A stretch of 64,000 nucleotides of DNA from Octopus bimaculoides (Eukaryota), in the NCBI RefSeq assembly GCF_001194135.2, contig NC_068985.1:23327660-23391659 (forward strand), written 5' to 3'. Below, piece after piece: positions 60,350 to 64,000 of the stretch; within the stretch, counting starts at the first letter, position 1, and the number at the start of each line of letters is the position of its first letter. The position numbers and the translations under genes were made by a program. Below the pieces are notes generated by a model. It ran no database searches, was not told where the DNA came from, and was given only the letters and a program-made list of their open reading frames with translations.

Positions 60350-61200
60350 GTAAATTCAGTGCCCCCGACTGACTGGCTCCCATGTTGTTGGCCCGTAAAA
60401 GGCACCACCTGAACATGGTCGATGCCAGGTCAGCCTGACTGACTCCCATTCCAGTGGCACATAAAAAGCACCATCTGAAGTGGTCGATGCCAGTGCCCCC
60501 TAACTGGCTCCCGTGCTGGTGGCATGTAAAAAGCACTATCCAAACATGATTGATGCCAGGGCCACCTAACTGGCTCCCATGCCAGTGGCACATAAAAAGC
60601 ACCCACTACGCTCTTGGAGTGGTTGGCGTTAGGAAGGGCATCCAGCTGTAGAAACATTGCCAGATCGGATTGGAGCCTGGTGCAGCTGCTGGCTCTCCAG
60701 ACNNNNNNNNNNCATAAAAAGCACCATCTGAAGTGGTCGATGCCAGTGCCCCCTAACTGGCTCCCGTGCTGGTGGCATGTAAAAAGCACTATCCAAACAT
60801 GATTGATGCCAGGGCCACCTAACTGGCTCCCATGCCAGTGGCACATAAAAAGCACCCACTACGCTCTTGGAGTGGTTGGCGTTAGGAAGGGCATCCAGCT
60901 GTAGAAACATTGCCAGATCGGATTGGAGCCTGGTGCAGCCGCTTGCTTTCCAGACCTCAGTCAAACTGTCCAACCCATGCTAGCATGGACAACAGATATT
61001 AAACGATGATGATGACTCATGACAATGAACTTATTTTATATAGTGCTTGGCTGCAGGGTGGTTGGTGTTAGGAAGGGCATTCAGCTGTAAAAATCCTGCC
61101 AAAACAGTCACAGAAGTCTGGTGCAAGCTTCTGCCTGGCCAGCTCCTGTCAAACCATCTCACCCATGCCGGCATGGAAGGCAGACCTTAAACGATGATGA
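60350..61200 (+). mobile_element. Cluster of family B repeats in the intron between exons G and H
   Basis: Two (gat)n tails (about 61005-61013 and 61193-61201), ~65-bp internal subrepeats, and a 227-bp duplication across an N gap. Confidence 0.75.
60703..60712. other. Assembly gap (10 N)
   Basis: Run of N flanked by duplicated sequence. Confidence 0.99.
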
Positions 61201-62117
61201 TATATATATCTGTGTACTTTATTTTTCTCTTCCTCTCTATTTCCAGTTCAAGAAGGAACTTGTCTTTCGCAACAAAAATGTATGTTGAGTAAGGTTAGTG
61301 TAACTAATGGGAAGCTTGAAGAATCACAGCTTAGCTGAAATAGTGCGTAACAAAGAAGAGAATCAGTGTGGTTTGGAAGTGAGCTGTCAGCTTTAAATAG
61401 CATGTGGATGGGTACTATTGGTTTGAAAGATGGTGTGAAAAAGTGTTAAGTAGTCTAGTGATTGAAACATTGCAGCGTAATATGGGAATACATAGGTTGG
61501 GAAGGAATTGCATTTAGGTAGTGATTTTCAGAATTAATTACTTACTGCATGTCAGTAATTACCGTAGATGTATGGTGATTAACTTCAAGTGGTGTCAGTG
61601 TGTGTCCAATTAGTATTAAAAAAAAAAAAGCCATGCAGAGGGAGGATGCAGCATTTTGTTGATTAGACTTAATTATTTTCATTGTAATCTCAGATAGAAG
61701 CAGCTCTATCATGTGCAGAAGTTTATGATGTCATTTGTTTGGGATTTGTGCAATGACTACAGCTAATGTGTTCTGAAGCATTGATTCATATCTGTCCACT
61801 ACGTCATTGATTTTAGAACTTGTCTTGTACACCTTGCACACTCTCCCATAGCATTATTCAAAGGATTGAATAATAGAATAGTAACAAATTTAGGATTAGG
61901 AAACAGTTGATTAAATCAATTTCCAGTACTTAACTGGTAGTTATTGACTTTACAGGGATGAACAGAACAGTTGGGGTAGTCCCATTCCATCACTGACTAG
62001 TAATATGAAAAAGAAAGATATTTTTTGATGACTAATTTAGCAGATAAAATATTTTTTAATTATTTTTTTAAGATGTTTATATTATTTTGTATTGAAGATA
62101 TGTTTAATCAATTGCAG

Positions 62118-62309
62118 GTGCTGACATCAATGCCCAAACTGAAGAAACACAAGAGACAGCTTTAACTCTGGCCTGTTGTGGTGGATTTCTTGAGGTGGCT
62201 GACTTTCTTATCAAAGCTGGTGCTGACATAGAACTTGGATGTAGCACTCCTCTTATGGAGGCAGCTCAAGAAGGGCATCTGGATTTAGTTAGTTATCTTT
62301 TAAGTAATG
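62118..62309 (+). CDS. ANKHD1: ANKHD1/mask coding exon H (ADINAQTEETQETALTLACCGGFLEVADFLIKAGADIELGCSTPLMEAAQEGHLDLVSYLLSN), 192 nt, phase 1 to 1
   Basis: Acceptor aattgcag ending 62117; donor G|GTAAGA at 62310; ankyrin repeats read manually (absent from the ORF track). Confidence 0.95.
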
Positions 62310-62535
62310 GTAAGATATTTTACTGTTGTAAATAAAATTACAAATTATTGAATCTAGTCTGAATTATTGATTTTTACATAAACTTGGACAAGATTTGAAG
62401 AAACACTTTTCAGGATTTACTTGTGAAGAAGTGCTAATCTGGCAATTTCTATTGTTCACATCAGGATTTTGTTTGACTCTGATTCTAACTCAGCATTTTA
62501 TGGTATCACCAACTCCAATTTCTATTTACAATTAA

Positions 62536-62749
62536 CCATTAACATTTAAAGAAGCTATATCAGGCCTACATATTTTATACCTGTTTTATGCTCAAACTGG
62601 CCAGAAAAGACCTTTCACATTTACCCTACAATATCATTCGAAAGATAAACAATTGAATCATTGAAATCTTGCAGCTAAAAGATATGTAATTCAAAGCAAT
62701 GTGAATAAATAAGCATTACATTTGATGGAGTAATCTGAATGCTAAGGAG
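62536..62749. mobile_element. TTAA-flanked (piggyBac-type) MITE, about 214 bp
   Basis: TTAA at 62532-62535 and 62750-62753; degenerate TIRs ccattaacattt and aatgctaaggag; homologous partial copy at about 37981-38150. Confidence 0.6.
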
Positions 62750-63535
62750 TTAAACTAATTGCAGAACCTATTCACAGTGTGAATCGTTAAGCTACTTTGT
62801 CAGTTTAAAGGCTGTAGATCTGCAATCCCATTTTTGTTAATATTATGAACATTTGAGAATAAGATGCAACTTACAAAAAAAAAAAAAAAATACATGGCTA
62901 TAAAGTAAAAGGGTATAAAAGAAATAAAAGTAATTGGGAATGTGTCAGTTTACCAGTTCAAAAATCTAAACTATATTGAAATTAAATACTTAAAAAGAAA
63001 AACAAGATTAAATACCTCACATAACAATTGACTATTTTTAAAAGAAATAAAACTCAGACACTATGTATCTAATTGAGTTTATTTATGTCCATCCTTTTCA
63101 ATATTTAAAGTATTGTTTGAATATAAAATTTGAGTGAAAGAAATAGGAAAATTTACTAACACTTTGTTCTTAGAAATGTAAATGCTTCTACCAGATTCTC
63201 TTTCATAAAATCTCTTAACCCTAACCCTGGTTTCCTTAGCCCTTTCTGAACGCAACTGTATTTTAATATGGTATATTAATGCTATTACTGGTAGATTTGA
63301 TATATTTTTAATTTAGTTTCCCAGAATAATTTGTGTTACAAGGTTAATGAAAGAAAAGTGCTAAGAATATTCAGTTTTATTCTGAAAGCATTTAGTTCAT
63401 ATATGATAGTAAAAGGTTGAGGTTATTCTTCAGTTTCTGAAATACAGATTGTCATCCACATTGTTACTTTACTTATTTCATATATTTATTTCAATGTTTT
63501 GTTTTTCTCAGTTGTGTTCTAACATTCAATTCCAG

Positions 63536-63645
63536 ATGCAAATGTTCATGCTCAGACTGCAACAGGCGATACAGCACTGACGTATGCTTGTGAGAATGGA
63601 CACACAGATGTTGCAGAGATCCTCCTTCGTGCTAATGCAAAACTG
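63536..63645 (+). CDS. ANKHD1: ANKHD1/mask coding exon I (ANVHAQTATGDTALTYACENGHTDVAEILLRANAKL), 110 nt, phase 1 to 0
   Basis: Acceptor caattccag ending 63535; donor CTG|GTAAGG at 63646; GDTALTYACENGHTDVA ankyrin motif. Confidence 0.95.
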
Positions 63646-63689
63646 GTAAGGTTATAGCATCACAGTTTCAACTTAATAGTTTATTATTA

Positions 63690-64000
63690 TCTATATATAT
63701 AAAAATGAGAATGTGTGTCTGTCTGTCTGTCTGTGTGAATCCCTAAAACTCGAGAACTACGCAACCAATTTCATTCAAATTTTACACATGCCTTACTTAG
63801 GGTTCCAGTTGTGTTTTAGTCAAAAAAGTTTTTAACTTCTTGCAGAGTTCGAGCACACGGCAACATAATATCTCCTCCACTATTTAAGTATTACGTGTCA
63901 AAAGTGAAACAAAAACACTCATGTCAAATACTTTCACTTTAAAAATGAAACTATTCCACTAACTGAAACAATCACATTTCGATACTGTAATAACAGATAC
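63690..64000 (+). mobile_element. 5' end of a probable non-autonomous Helitron-like element (runs off the window)
   Basis: Starts A|TCtatatatataaaaatgagaatgtgtgtctgtctgtctgtctg, i.e. a TC terminus after A followed by a (GTCT)n tract, as in Helitron/HINE-type elements. The 3' hairpin-CTRR end is not in the window. Confidence 0.55.

Larger units (their letters stand above)
14324..63645 (+). other. ANKHD1: Partial multi-exon gene span: ankyrin repeat and KH domain protein (ANKHD1/ANKRD17/mask orthologue); 5' and 3' parts not in window
   Basis: Nine manually joined exons give a 1485-nt open frame with compatible phases (0/1,1/2,2/0,0/1,1/1,1/0,0/1,1/1,1/0). The peptide contains the family-typical segments TVDPETHARLEALLE, LTSSVSCALDEAAAAL, SLAEACSDGDV and EFKESALTLACYKGHLEMVRFLLEAGADQEHKTDEMHTALMEASMDGHVEVA. 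Invertebrates are expected to have a single co-orthologue of vertebrate ANKHD1 and ANKRD17, so the symbol is a family call. Confidence 0.96.

Noticed and set aside
62215-62260. Shortened ankyrin linker (GADIELGCSTPLME)
   Set aside because: As recalled, this is a conserved feature of the ANKHD1/ANKRD17/mask family, not a novelty.

Overview
AT-rich, repeat-dense eukaryotic DNA, most consistent with a coleoid cephalopod (Octopus). That assignment is an inference from recalled SINE/RTE repeat families and was not database-checked. The window holds one recognisable protein-coding gene: the N-terminal part of the ANKHD1/ANKRD17 (Drosophila mask) orthologue on the + strand. It has nine coding exons (14324-14483, 50559-50715, 55736-55886, 57201-57348, 58410-58643, 59131-59273, 59813-60002, 62118-62309, 63536-63645). 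All introns are GT-AG with compatible phases, giving an open 1485-nt (495-codon) frame with about 12 ankyrin repeats. The first coding exon and the rest of the gene lie outside the window or were not recognised. The introns contain decayed mariner, piggyBac, Mutator-like, Helitron-like, CR1-group LINE, RTE LINE and probable Gypsy elements, three SINE-like families, microsatellites and two assembly gaps. Almost all other entries in the ORF track are spurious or transposon relics. The most interesting non-repeat signal is in the 36-kb intron: a CpG-retaining zone with a YY1-type motif, a strong splice donor and a candidate 62-nt exon. It suggests an internal promoter or alternative 5' end and/or a poison exon. 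Secondary points are a Mutator-like MITE built around a head-to-head telomere-repeat palindrome, and several fold-back repeat pairs that could be ADAR substrates. I found no evidence for a wholly new multi-gene system.
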